A stretch of DNA of 60,031 nucleotides from Basidiobolus meristosporus CBS 931.73 (Eukaryota > Fungi > Basidiobolomycota): contig MCFE01000544.1 in the NCBI GenBank assembly GCA_002104905.1, forward strand, positions 1-60,031. The letters are read 5' to 3'. The notes under the pieces are model-generated. The model was not told where the DNA came from. It saw nothing but the letters and a program-made list of their open reading frames with translations, and searched no databases. Of the stretch, positions 13,961 to 25,544 are shown one piece after another; position 1 is the stretch's first letter; each line of letters begins with the position of its first letter. The position numbers and the translations under genes were made by a program.

Positions 13961-14420
13961 CTCCAATGCAAATAAGGCATACAGACTATACAATACCAAA
14001 GGAAAGAAGCCAATCAAATCTAGGGATGTGTTGTTTGACTAAAACTCAAGATTTTAACTAAAAATGACACCATGTGATGTCAAACATTTAATCTCAAGCA
14101 CACCAACAATTGGAATGGAATCAGAGCAAAACAGTATGATTTTTCATTGCAAAGGATTCTACAACTGCAGTTCAGCCTGAATTAGTGGCCAGGAATATCC
14201 CAGAAGTGATTGTTCAGTGTCACAAGGCAGATGATCAAACCAGATTAGAAAAAGCCCAAATTATTATGTCATTGATGGTAGAAGCTTAGTCTATGGCAAT
14301 TCAGTCCATTTTTGTCAGCCTCCTAATATAAAAGAGGCCCTCAGCCAAAGTTTTGAGATCTGCAATTACCAAGGAGTAGCAGGCCCTGATTGAGAATCAT
14401 ACTTTGGACTTGGTAATATT

Positions 14421-16864
14421 TATTGTAAGAATTTGTAACTCCACCTAAATATTGGCCCCACTAGGTTACTTAGATCACTATCTACAGATATTAGAGAATA
14501 CTGGCCAAATGCCTGATTGGTATATACTTGGAATATTTTCATCCAAGTATCATGTACTCAGAGCATGAAATTCTCAAAGTTATTGAAACAGTCCCAAACA
14601 TTGCACACATGCTATTAGGTCCTCCTATGAAAAATTATTGTAAGGATCCCATCAAAAGGCCATCACAAAGTTAAAGTTCCATAACTAAGAGGTACTGATC
14701 CTGTCACAACACTGTCCAGACACCTGACCTGATGTTTCTTTTTTGCTTGCTTTGATCTCTCAACTGTAGTTGTGATGGGCTCCTGTAAAAGCTGCTAATT
14801 TTTATCACTGCCCAGTCCTTCACTACTACTTTGACTGAGTACTTCTTGAGTGGTACTACACCTTTTCCTTAATAAATGTTGTGCTGGTGCATCTGTGTCT
14901 GTGCACTTGTCCCTAATTTGCACTCTTCCAGCTACCTGGATATATTCCAGTCATACCCCATCTGTGGAAGTTGATGCAGTCCAACAAATATTGCAAAGCT
15001 ATACAGTACTGCACTCAGTATCAATCAAGTGCAAACGTATCTAATATATTCAATGGCAAGCATTACAAACAGCTAAGAAGCAAGGGCTACTTTGAAGGTA
15101 TAAAGGACCATGCCTTTGCCTTAGCACTTGATGGATTCTCTTTAAACAAGTACTCTAACAGCAAATTCTGCTGGCCACTGATTCTCATCAATCTGAATCT
15201 GCTGCCCATCTTACAGTATCAGAGCAATAATATGATGGCAGTCTCATTGGTATTAGGCCTAAATCATTGTTCAGCCTGGATAGCTGCCCGTATCCATTGC
15301 TGGATGAGTTTTGTATGCTTTCCAGCAAGATAACAGCAAATGGTCATCATGTAAAAGCACATATTAATAGCTGCATTGGAGACACCCCAGCCATCAGCAA
15401 GATAGCAGGTTTTTCTGGGCAAAATTGACAGTATTGCTGTCAAATGTGTGAGATCCAGGAGATTTACTCCTTAACTCACACACTATACTATTACCCAGTC
15501 ACCAGAACTGAGAACATCATCTTCCCACATAGAGAAAGTACAAAAGTCAGCATGCAATTGCAGCAAAATTGGTAAGCTATAAGCCATTTGCAAGAATATG
15601 GAATCTATTGGAAGCTGGAGATATTTAAGATAGAGTGTATCTGTTGGAGCAAAAGCTTTCCACTGGGAGCAATGAATTTGCTTATGAACAATATCCCTTT
15701 ACTGATGACCAAGTTGTATGTGATGCACTTCAAGCTATATGCTCCCTCTGAAATACTGAAGAAATTTGAAAGAATTGACAAGATATTACAGAGAATCCAC
15801 TGCCCTAAGTACTTCTCACAGGTTCCAATCAGTATTTATATGCATACAGTAGACCTCTGCCACTACTGTATCAATTCTCCACCACATCTTGCGTGGTGTG
15901 TGGAGAATTTTGGGCCTTGCTTCACCTTTTGGGAGCTTCTTATGGAGTGGATGTGTGGGTGGATAGGAAGACAAGTCAAGTAGCAGGTACTATTTTGTCC
16001 CAATCTCATCAAGAATATTACCTTCAAGTCCTTCATGAATATGATGAGTTGACACATGGAGGACAGCCAGGAAGAGTTGGAAAATACTGAGGACAAATGT
16101 ACACATGGAGACACCTATGTCTATGGCATTAAGAAGCTAAGCAGCCTCAATGCATGGGTAATCAGTTAAGTAATGCAAAGTTGGGTTGGGTGCTTTTTGA
16201 TTCAAACTATATTTGAAATACCCAAGGTAGTAGTGGGCAAGCAAATAAAGTGGTGTGATTCTACAGTGGAATATATGAATTGCACTAGGAGAGGTAGAAA
16301 AAGGAAATACCATTTGGTAAATTGGTACAGTAGCATTGTACAGAACTAGCAGTAGGCCACCACACTGCCACTATAATTCTATCAGAGTCTTGCTGTGAGG
16401 CAGTCAAAATACCGTCAAGTTTCTTGCCATACAAGGTAATGTATTTCCTGGCTGGTTGGATTTATTGAAAATAGTTATAGAGCGCAAAATAACCGCAACA
16501 ATACCATGCAAGTATTGTCACAGCACCAATCAAATCTTGTCAAGTTTTATGACTTTAATAGGCAGTAAAATTAGCCAAATACCCTTGTGATCCCAGCAAA
16601 AGATTGCTAGAAGGGTCACTAATTCCAAGCTGCTAGTATTATGATGATCTTTAAACAGGATTTTGATGGCAGATCTGGATAGGATCCACCCATGGGACCA
16701 AATTATTCTCATAGGGTCCTTCCTAAGCATATTCTTTATGCTGATTATGCCAAGATCAGATAAGGTATATATATTACTTCTACAATCAATGAATCATCAA
16801 GTGAGAGCCACATAGTCCACTTATTCTGCAAATCACTTCTAATGTCTCCAAGACACTTACAACA
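14421..16864 (+). repeat. 5' LTR of a copia E element split by a CMC insertion
   Basis: 14421-14622 plus 16720-16864 join into one LTR-E. It is followed by a decayed PBS (GCTTGTAAGCCC) and a gag start. Confidence 0.8.
14623..16716 (+). mobile_element. Internally deleted CMC element with both ends (2094 bp), TSD TCC
   Basis: Left end TCCTATGAAAAATTATT (C-to-T of CCC), right end AAATTATTCTCATAGGG, TCC on both flanks. Contains ORF2 scraps and plus-strand transposase remnants (HAFALALDGFSLNKYSNSKFCWPLILINLNL). Confidence 0.85.
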
Positions 16865-17110
16865 GCTTGTAAGCCCTATCTGCAATGTCTACTACCGCTA
16901 AAACTGGAGCTGTTCCCTTGGCTAAAAAGTTGAATGGAGCTGACTACCAAGCCTGGAAGGTGAAGATGAAGATGAAGATGTAGAAACTGCTATAGGAAAG
17001 AGGCCTTTTGGATATTGTAGTGGGAGAAGGATGCCCTTCTAAGGATGAGGCAGAGGAAGCCTTGATGCACTAGAAGAAATTACAAAGTGCCTTTAATTGC
17101 ATTTGCCTTA
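16865..17110 (+). pseudogene. Copia E gag N-terminal stub
   Basis: ATGTCTACTACC...KLNGADYQAWKVKMKM, aligning with 33410-33620. Confidence 0.75.
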
Positions 17111-17570
17111 CCCTATGGAAATAAATATGATGATCCCAACAAATGGCTGTTGCAAAGCTTAGATCCCATGACCAAGAGGTACTGATGCTGTTAGGACACC
17201 ATACAAAGGCTGTTTAGAAAAAACTGCACTCAGATTCCACAAAAAGCTTGGTCAAAACTTTTCATCACAACAATATTTAAATGGCTGATGATAGGTTCTC
17301 TGCTAGTTCTCTTGCTTACTGATTGTGGACACTCAATTGCCACACATATTTGTATACATTGATTGGTATTGCCTCTTTCTCTCACTCCGTACTTCCTGAC
17401 TCAATCAATGCTTTTACTTTTCATGCATACAAGCTGGTTTTTTTCCTGCCACACTACAGTTGTAACTAAATTGCCAATTGTACTGACCTTTACAAGTCCC
17501 TGTAGCTAGCACTAACATTAAGACCAACCTCACACTCAGCAAGTAGCTCCTTTGGAATCCAATGTTCAAT
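17111..17570 (-). mobile_element. CMC element end (ORF2-side terminus) inserted in copia E gag
   Basis: Begins CCCTATGGAAATAAAT and is reverse-complement homologous to 25070-25520 and 43200-43644. Confidence 0.8.
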
Positions 17571-17743
17571 AGACTTGTTCTGTTGGATAGTGCTGCATAG
17601 TGCCAGCCTGTTTATAGTGCTGGATCAATCTGGCATTATCTGGCACTATAGTTACTACCATAATCCCAGTGGTAGGATATAGTGATTAGTAATATTACTC
17701 AATCTTACTTATGTTGCTCAGAGTAGTACATTCCTTGCTTTAT

Positions 17744-18540
17744 TCACTCTTCGTAATGTTCCAGACACATTTCTCTCAGTGGGTGTCTTCTTGCATGAAT
17801 ATACTATGCATTGATAAGTATCTTAACTACTTTACTTATTTTGCTGTTTTCTCCTATGTATGACCTTCCTCTGTATTTACCTGCCAATATGCTGAATCTC
17901 TTCAGATATCCAAATGTATGCTCTACCCTCACTCTGAAATGATTAAATATCTTGTTGTAGAGCTTCTACTTCCTGCTAAGCACACCATTCCTTGGTATCC
18001 TATAAGCTGTAATACATCCTAAACTCTGACAATCCTCTCCTATATAGGCTAAGTCTGCCATACATTTCTCCCCTCTACTGAATTCTGGATGATTCTCCAC
18101 CCAGTGTGCTTTGTCATGCCTACTTCAAGCAAATGGTCCACTAAACCAGATGATGTAACCCTCAATGTCAGACAATGCCTGAAACTTCACACAGTGTGCC
18201 TTGTACTTGCCAGAATAAAAGTGCCTCAGTCTTCTAGAAGGTCTGCTAATCCTGACTGGGAAGGTATCCCAATACTCCCTACATGGAACCTGTTACTGAA
18301 CACTCTGGGATATGGAGGTCTATTGGAGCTTCTGAACCTAGAACTCCAAGCTTGCTCTAAGTCATCCATACCCTCTGCAAGGTGGTTCTCCATTGCTGTC
18401 AGCTGCAAATGAAAGCTTCTAGGACTTTTGTTGCCATGGATGGTGGGATGAAACCTTTTAGGGCAGTACTTCTTTTAATTGCAGAGAAGCTTAACCAGGG
18501 ATCTTGTTGAGTAGATTGGGGTAGATGAACCACAGAAGAT
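17744..18540 (-). pseudogene. DDE_Tnp_4-type (IS5/ISL2/Harbinger-like) transposase
   Basis: Manual translation: VGSI/DTFPVRISRP...YSGKYKAHCVKFQALSDIEGYIIWFSGPFA*SRHD...MADLAYIG...YNKIFNHFRVRVEHTFGYLKRFSILAGKYR. Catalytic D at 18266-68, D at 18053-55, E at 17921-23. One frameshift just before the first D and several stops. Confidence 0.88.
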
Positions 18541-18989
18541 TGGGCTGAGGTGATTCAAATTGATCTGGTGCAATCAGCTTTATTTACCTGATTTTCCATA
18601 CATTATGATCAAATATCCATCAATTGCCGTGTATCCCATCATTATGTTGCAAAAAGCATCCTCAAACAATAACTGGGTATTTTTATTGATGTTTTACTCA
18701 CCAATCTATATTCAAATAGGAGATCTGCAATTGATGTGATCTGATCCATGTCAATGCAATCCAAGATGCATCATTCACAATATATATGGAAAATTCAGCA
18801 ATCATATTAGTTTTGATATGTATTTCATATAAGACCAGGTTGATGCCAATGCACTACTGTATAAGTATCCAAATCTGCCACTATAGTCCCTATACCAAGT
18901 CTCAACTCATCTTTAGTACAACCCAGATAAAACCTATCCCCCAGCTCATAAGCATGGTCTGGTCTGGAAAAGTCAATGTTGGATCTGTT

Positions 18990-21204
18990 TGAGTTCTTGC
19001 CAAATGATCTCAGTATGGCCCAAGTGTATATGATGAGCCTTCATACAGATATTTGTGCACTGCTCATTAATCTAGCAGAACTAGATACCTTGGAGAGTCA
19101 ACAGAGATGAAACAACCAGAGTAGAAATCTGTGGCATGAGTTCTACATCAAGATTCCAGCAGATGTATGCAAGATGTTATATAACAAGATAAGTATTGAA
19201 ATCAAGAATGAGCTGAGAGTGAGGGGATATGATGAGGAAGCTGTGTGGGAACAATTTTGCATGCAGTTTGCTCAGTACAGGCTGGGCATGTCCATTTGTG
19301 CCTTGACTTTGGGAGCTAAAAATATTCTGAGTGTTTTTTTACCTCAAATGACTAATGTATTATGTGATATATTAGTAGAGCTAAGTGGCTTCCAAGAGCA
19401 ATATACAAAGGACTCATCCAGGCAGCAGTTCCAAAGTATTAGACAGAGGGTAAGTGAATACCTTGAGGAATCAGAAGGTGAGCTCCAAGAGGAGTAATAC
19501 AGACCACAAGCAACATTGTCTATATCATGCCAGCACACCTCACCGGTGTAGTAGGGTGACAGTGACACCCACTGACAGATGTGCTCATTCCCTTATTTTC
19601 TACTTCCCTATATCTCTACTACACTTATTTTAGTTTTATCCCATTTGTCTTACCCAATCAGTACTATCCCATAAACCGGTTGACTATCACACCTGGTTAC
19701 CTTATTGCATAAGTTACCCCTCACTTTATGTAAGAATACTAGCTATAAGTACTTCTATATTAGGCAAGTACCCGCACCAGTACCCGTGACACATGATCAG
19801 CCCGTGTCACCATCCCTACCATTTCCATACCATATATGGTATCCCCATGTTACACAGGTTTCAGAATACTGATTGCTGATTGGTTGGATGTGCTGTGCCT
19901 CTTAGAACCATCAGGCACCTACTTAGAAATTCTTAGGTCATTCTGATGTCATTAAGATTTCTATTGATCTCTGGAACCTTCTGGAACACCATGATTAGTA
20001 ATCACTTAGCCAGTGAGAAAAGTATATAAGGGAGGCTATCCCTCAACAATAAATCATCATCCCTTTTATCAATATACCAACTTGTTGATTAGTGTGATCA
20101 CTGCTACCTGCTGCTACCTGAACTTCCAACCCCAGACCACAGGACACTCCCAGGAAACCACGCTGACAGCCAACTGACCTTGGAGGCACTACTTGTGAGG
20201 AATACTCAGAGTAGGTATCTTTTATTATATTTGATTCTTTCCCAAGTTTGTTCTTGTACAGGCAAAGATACTTTTCTGTCTTTGTAACTATTGACCAAAG
20301 CTGCATTCTTATCAAGTCCCTGCTGGTGGAGTTTACAGTTGTTTTGACTTTGGAAGCTTTAGTACATTGTCATCTCAAAGGACGCTGAACCCAGCACATA
20401 CTTTTATTAAGACGCCAATTAAGTTAGGGATTGTAGCTCAATAGTTTTCCCTTGACAAGCTTGTGGCTTTATTCCCCTTCACATTAGATTACAGACAGAA
20501 CCCAAGTATTCCTAGCAAGCTTTTGCCAGAGGTTATCGCACCCAGTGAACACCCCACACACAAAACACTTGAGAAGTGTTGGACGTATCTCTCCCTTGGA
20601 CTTATACACCACCACACCGGATTCATTATCCTCCCTTGCAACATCAGCATGCTGGCATACATCAGTCCAAACTATGCCAACACTCTTCACAAGAGCACCC
20701 CACATTAAGTCAACACCTATTGGGTCAATGTGTGTGCTTCAGAGCAAAATCACCAGAACTTACCAAACTGCTCAAGAAGACACAAGTCCATTGGAGCAGG
20801 CCAAGTCGCATCAACAAGCAGCATCACATGAAACTCAGCCAAGGACCATGCCAGTGCATCAAGTTGCATCTGCACATGTCATTACACCTAACCATCAGCA
20901 AATTTCTTCTGGTGAACTGACTAATGATGATGCACATGAAGTGCTTCCACCACTAAAGCCTTTGGCAAGTAAAAGAACACATCAGCACATAGCACTGCAG
21001 GCCGGCTCTGTTGCATCATCTGGAGCAATTCAGCGCAGCCAAGTTGCAGCATTGCACACATCTGCTAGGAGGCAAAATATTGACTACAAATATAGCAGTA
21101 GCCAAGAGGATAGTCAACAAGAAAGTAGTTTAGGTGTGCAAAGTGAATTGCTACCAAATGCTTCTGTAGTAATCCCTGTGAGAAAAAAACCTAGGAGAAG
21201 ATAA
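18990..21204 (+). pseudogene. PHIS ORF2, unknown protein ending in RKKPRRR, split by solo LTR-A
   Basis: ORFs 19174-19497 and 20545-21204 are in one frame after removing the LTR and one CCGG (..HTSP/DSLSSL..). The frame extends upstream to LDLFEFLPND with two stops. The start is uncertain. Confidence 0.65.
19547..20616 (+). mobile_element. Solo LTR, family A (1070 bp), TSD CCGG
   Basis: Termini TGTAGT...CACCACA with perfect CCGG on both flanks (19543-46, 20617-20). Confidence 0.96.
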
Positions 21205-21429
21205 TGCAATTGCATTGAATAGCTATTATTTGTAATGGTCCAAACAATGCGTTTTTTTTTGCAATCCGCATTGAGCCATTGCAAAACAGTGATCACTAAA
21301 TTTTTGATATAAGCAATATCAAGGTTGTCTCACATTTGAGACAGGACCCCTATATATGAACACCCTGCATATGTACACATTGTCTGTGGCACCAGTGCAG
21401 CCATTTGGTCTGATTTGCACCTATACAAT

Positions 21430-21811
21430 TGGTTGGGAATCAGTGAATGAACAATGGTATAAAGCCATGGGGTTCTGGCCAAAGTAATGGAAAAAGGTCA
21501 TTTTGGGCAGATGTGCTTATTGAATGGTGAATTGTGAAGGAGTCACTTGTGTAATACCCAATCAATGTACACCAATGAAGGAGGTGATTGAGTGTCCAGG
21601 ATCAGAAACTTAGAGAATTGGCATAGAAACAGTCAAAAGCAGCTTATGAATTGATGTGATAAGATTTTGACAAGTTTTTTGTGAAATCTGAGGCGCATCT
21701 TCTTCTTGACAGTCTTTGCACAGTTTCCTGATAGCATCAATACTTCACAGTCATGGGATCTAATTTCTGTGATGGCCCATTGCTGGGATTGTTGCAATTA
21801 TTTTATAGATT
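21430..21811 (+). mobile_element. CMC fragment: Trp-rich end of ORF2 plus decayed terminus
   Basis: WESVNEQWYKAMGFWPK*W. Aligns with 24980-25520 and ends ATTATTTTTATAGAT. Confidence 0.7.
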
Positions 21812-22040
21812 GTATGCCAAGAAATGGCCTGGAAACCAATCAAATTCTGAACCAGAGAGTGTAAGGAGCATACTTTGTGGACTGCTGCAGTAGGAGTATA
21901 GCAAACTGACTTTGCAGTGCAAGAATATCAAATGGAAGACTGATAATCTGCAGCTACCTCACCAGAAACACACCTTAACTTGGTTAAAACTCAATCAAAT
22001 CAAGAGGGCTTAGTGCTATCTGATAGTACTTAATCCCCTT
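21812..22040 (+). mobile_element. Copia E scraps
   Basis: Two joined pieces similar to 8950-9000 and 6745-6850. Confidence 0.55.
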
Positions 22041-22044
22041 GGAT

Positions 22045-22110
22045 TTTAGCTTGGCTCCCTATTGCTCTACAACTATTATACTAAGATTTGTAACATTGGT
22101 AACACCAGAA
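22045..22110 (+). repeat. Short remnant of an LTR-B 3' end plus PBS
   Basis: CTCCCTATTGCTCTACAACTATTATACTAAGATTTGTAACA-TTGGTA matches the LTR-B end at about 36/41 nt. Confidence 0.7.
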
Positions 22111-22114
22111 AGTC

Positions 22115-23046
22115 AATGGTAGAGCATCTGCCAGTCAAATCACTTCCTCAATCTGAGTCACTATGCCCATTGAATACTGGCATATTAGCTGCTCCAGAGT
22201 ATTCCAGAGATATATTTGGTACCTTGCAGATATCTGTAGATTTGCTTAACTGCTGCAATTTGATCAGACCCATAACTCTGCATAATTCAGCTCTCTGTGA
22301 GGACAGCCACTGCAATCTCTAGGCATATAGGTACCCTCAGGTACTTCTGGATACCATCCATTGATCTAAAGGGAAAGTTTTGGTCTATATTTGAGTTGTA
22401 TTCACCCAAAACTGGCATAGAATTGATCACTTTGAGATTGATATCCATGGGGGTTGCTGCATGCTTGTAATTTTTCACTTGGAAGTGTGTCAGAGTGTTC
22501 CTCACATACCTAGACAGATTCAGCACAATGTCTTGGGTAGTTATGTAAAATTGAACTTCAATTCTAGGAAAATAGCTTAATTTTACATGATTGTTGCTTT
22601 TGAACTTATGGTAAAGGTCCAACTTTGTCTGTTCAAGTGCCTTCTGGTCACTTTTGGCTATAATTTGGCCATCTACACTTAGGTATTAGGACAACTGCTC
22701 CCTTTTTTAAGCTGTTTCAACTATGTTCAGTGATCTGCAGTGCTACCAATAAGTCTAATCTCCTCTGGATATGCATTAATCTTATTTACTATGTTTTAAG
22801 TACTGGCTAATGTCTATGTAACAATTTTCAGAGTCTGCACACCTTATAGGGGCTTTTTGGATAATAAACATTCTAGTTGCTCCCACTATAGTTTTTTGCA
22901 GATCCATATTGAAAAAGATGGTTTTGCTGTTCACATAGTGCAAATCTAGACTGTGCACAGCTAATAGTGCTAAAACTGACTTAATCAAGTTAAATTTGGC
23001 TACCAGAGCAAATATTTTCTTAGGTTTAGTCTCTGAATCTGGAACT
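22115..23046 (-). pseudogene. Copia D-like RT fragment
   Basis: [25 protein letters not shown] and ATPMDINLK align with 38240-39170. Confidence 0.8.
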
Positions 23047-24085
23047 TGTTGCAATTTAAGAAGTGATTTGGATATAAGGAACTTATCACGAAATAGTAAT
23101 AATATTTGAACTGTTGTTTATTCATAAAGAAGCTCAGTATTTATATTTTTGTAGAAGTAACACAGCCGTAATACTAAGTAAGAAGGTTTCTCAATATTCA
23201 GGAGCATTCTGTAACAGTTTCAGGGTTAGTATATAACGTTAAGTAATAGCGCTAATTTGATCCTGACTATAAGGGAGTAATCATTAGATCATAGATCTGA
23301 GGAAAGTAGCAAAGTTGGAGCTGCAAATTAGTCCCACAGTGACCAAGACTAGTCCAGAATTGTTAAGTAAATTTTTAGCTGCTGAATAATACCAAAGAGT
23401 CCAATATTTTGACACTCCCCCTCAACTAAATAATTTCTTAATCCTAATTCCTCTCTGAGATTCTCAAATTGTGGCCTAGTTAGTGGTTTTGTCAATATAT
23501 TTGCCACCATTTTGTTAGTTGGGCAGTACACCAACTCTACTAAGTTATTTTCTACAGCTTCCCTCACAAAGTGATGCTGTATATCAATGTGCTTAGTTCC
23601 GGCATGATTAGTAGGATTTCTAGCTAATGAAATACAACTTTGATTATTGTTGTAAATACATGTTGGTTCATCCAAATTAAAACCTAAGTTGTTGAATAAT
23701 TTTTGTAGCCATATAACCTCCTTAGTTGCTTGACATGCAGCCATATATTTGGCTTCAGTTGTAGATAGGGCCACAGTTGGTTGTCACTTGCAATTTCAAG
23801 TAATAGCTGCACAGGCATAAAGGAATACATAGCCTGTGGTAGAGCATCTGTCAATCAGATCCCTACCCCAATCTGAATCACTATAACCATCAAATATTTG
23901 CTTATTAGCTGCTCCAGAGTATTCCAGTACCATATTTATGGTACCTTGTAGATATCTGAAAATCCGCTTAACTGCTGCAATTTGATCTGATCCATAATTC
24001 TGCATGAGTTGACTGACTATTCCAACTGCCACTTCAATATCTGGATATGCAGACACCATCATCTACATTAGGCTACCAACCATGC
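23047..24085 (-). mobile_element. 3' part of a copia D element: RT end, RNase H, PPT and 368-bp 3' LTR (23047-23414)
   Basis: ALSTTEAKY...TKHIDIQHHF...ILTKPL. PPT GAGGGGGAG. The LTR is homologous to 35279-35647. Confidence 0.9.
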
Positions 24086-25520
24086 TAAAAACCAGTGGCT
24101 TCCTTAAGAGCCCATTTCAAGCAAGGCCAAAAGCTCTAAACAATTGTCAAAGATGCAGCAGGCAGCTAGAAGAGTACCAATAAGAGAATAGCAGGCAGAT
24201 ACAGATGCATCAGCCCAACATGTACAAAGGAAAAAGCACACTTCTACTTTGGAAGCACACAGTCAAAGTAGCAGTGAAGCACCTATCAGTGATAAAAACA
24301 AGCAGTTACCTTAGGAGCTCATCACAGCATGGGCTGAGGGCTGAAAACATGCATGAAAGAAGCATCAGGTTGCCAGCAGAGTGCCAGCAAGGGACAAGCA
24401 GGCCACATGGATGCTTTGGAGCAGCATTTGTGAAGGAGAAATGTAGCTTAAAACACAAAGCACTCAGTCAAAGTAGCAGTGAGAGAACTTGCAGTGATAA
24501 AGGAAAAGGTAAAGGGGAAAAGTCTACCCAAGTCAGAGACAGGGAAGTGAAAGAGAAAAGCTGCAGTTCTTGCCAATTAATGCTGCAAGCCCAGGTCAGA
24601 CTGAGTCCCATCATGGCCAAGAAGAATTACCAACAAGAAAACAGCTGCTTTCACAAGAGTTGGTAGCACAGCCTGTTGAGCTGCACTACAATGAGGTCAA
24701 TGAGTTTACAGAGGAAGACACCTTGTCTACCTCAGTGTTCATATCCTCCATTGTTGACAGAGTGGGGATCCTACTGACACATAAGTAGCAATGTCAAGAA
24801 CTCAAGAGATTAATACAATGCCTTTGGAGGTGTTTTGAAGCATTAGTAGGCATGCCAAGAGATTGCAGCACTTCTTCAAGAGCAGTATTCAAGAAAATGC
24901 TCTTGGATACTGCAAGGATTTATTGCAAAGACTGGCAGATGTGGTGTTAGACCTTGCAGTGCCAGTTGAAAACCAGCATGCATGGGGACCAGTGAATGAA
25001 CAATGGCATAAAGCTTTAGGGTTCCTACCCAAGCTGTGGAAACAGAGTGTTTCCACAGAAATACTTATTGAGTGGTGGATCTTAATGGAGTTACTTGTTG
25101 TGAGTGAGGTTGGGCTTAATATTAGTATAGGGTATAGGGACTTGTATAGGTCAATACAATTGGTAATTGAGGTAAACTGAAGTTTCAATGGAAATAAATC
25201 AATTCTTATGCATGAAAAAGAAGAGAAATAGCTGAGTCAGGCAGTATGGAGTGTGAAAATGAGGCAATTGCCAATCAATGTACACAAACTTAGGATGTGA
25301 TTGAGTGCCTGGGATTAGAAGTGAGTAAATTGGCAGGGAACCAATCAAAAGCCACTTTTAAATTGTTGTGGTGAAAAATTTTGACCAAGTGTTTTATGAT
25401 ATCTGGGGTGCAATTATTTATTGATGGTTTTTGCATGGCATCCTGATGGAATCAATTCCTCTTAGTCACAAGACTTAGAACTTGTGACAGCCTTTTGATG
25501 TGATCAATGTAGTAATTATT
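24086..25520 (+). pseudogene. C-terminal half of CMC ORF2 (two 207-bp repeats and Trp-rich domain) plus 3' region
   Basis: Aligns with 41750-43620 and encodes FFKSSIQEN...LQRLADVVLDLAV...WGPVNEQWHKALGFLPKLW. Confidence 0.7.
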
Positions 25521-25544
25521 AGTATCCTGCTGCAAAGCTTACAA

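Larger units (their letters stand above)
8630..14420 (+). mobile_element. Copia E fragment (integrase end to RT start) split by Ty3 B copy 1
   Basis: 8630-9025 and 13961-14420 align with 5300-6070. The junction reads ...AAGTTA-CTCC-AATGC... once the insertion is removed. Confidence 0.75.
17571..21300. mobile_element. Decayed autonomous PHIS (PIF/Harbinger-ISL2EU-like) DNA transposon; right end not found
   Basis: Left terminus AGACTTGTTCTGTTGGATAGTGCT is preceded by AAT and shared with the MITEs. Carries a minus-strand DDE transposase and a divergent plus-strand ORF2. The right boundary is a guess. Confidence 0.75.

Noticed and set aside
14640-14700. TGTAAGGATCCC looked like the start of a new LTR family
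   Set aside because: Homology among five copies extends a further ~17 nt to CCCTATG, which matches the opposite end of the CMC element; it is subterminal TIR sequence.
18591-18795. Inverted TATGGAAAAT motifs flanking the PHIS intergenic region, each giving an MEN start
   Set aside because: Neither ATG is in frame with the downstream conserved coding block; a 10-bp match in AT-rich DNA may be chance.
17111-21811. Two inverted CMC ends flanking the PHIS element, resembling a composite transposon
   Set aside because: There is no TSD (TTA versus TGT) and the outer flanks are non-adjacent parts of copia E.
24889-25500. Hydrophobic, env-like translation of the minus strand of the CMC ORF2 region
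   Set aside because: Synonymous-site variation and the 207-bp repeats support the plus strand. The minus frames are stop-ridden and not conserved.
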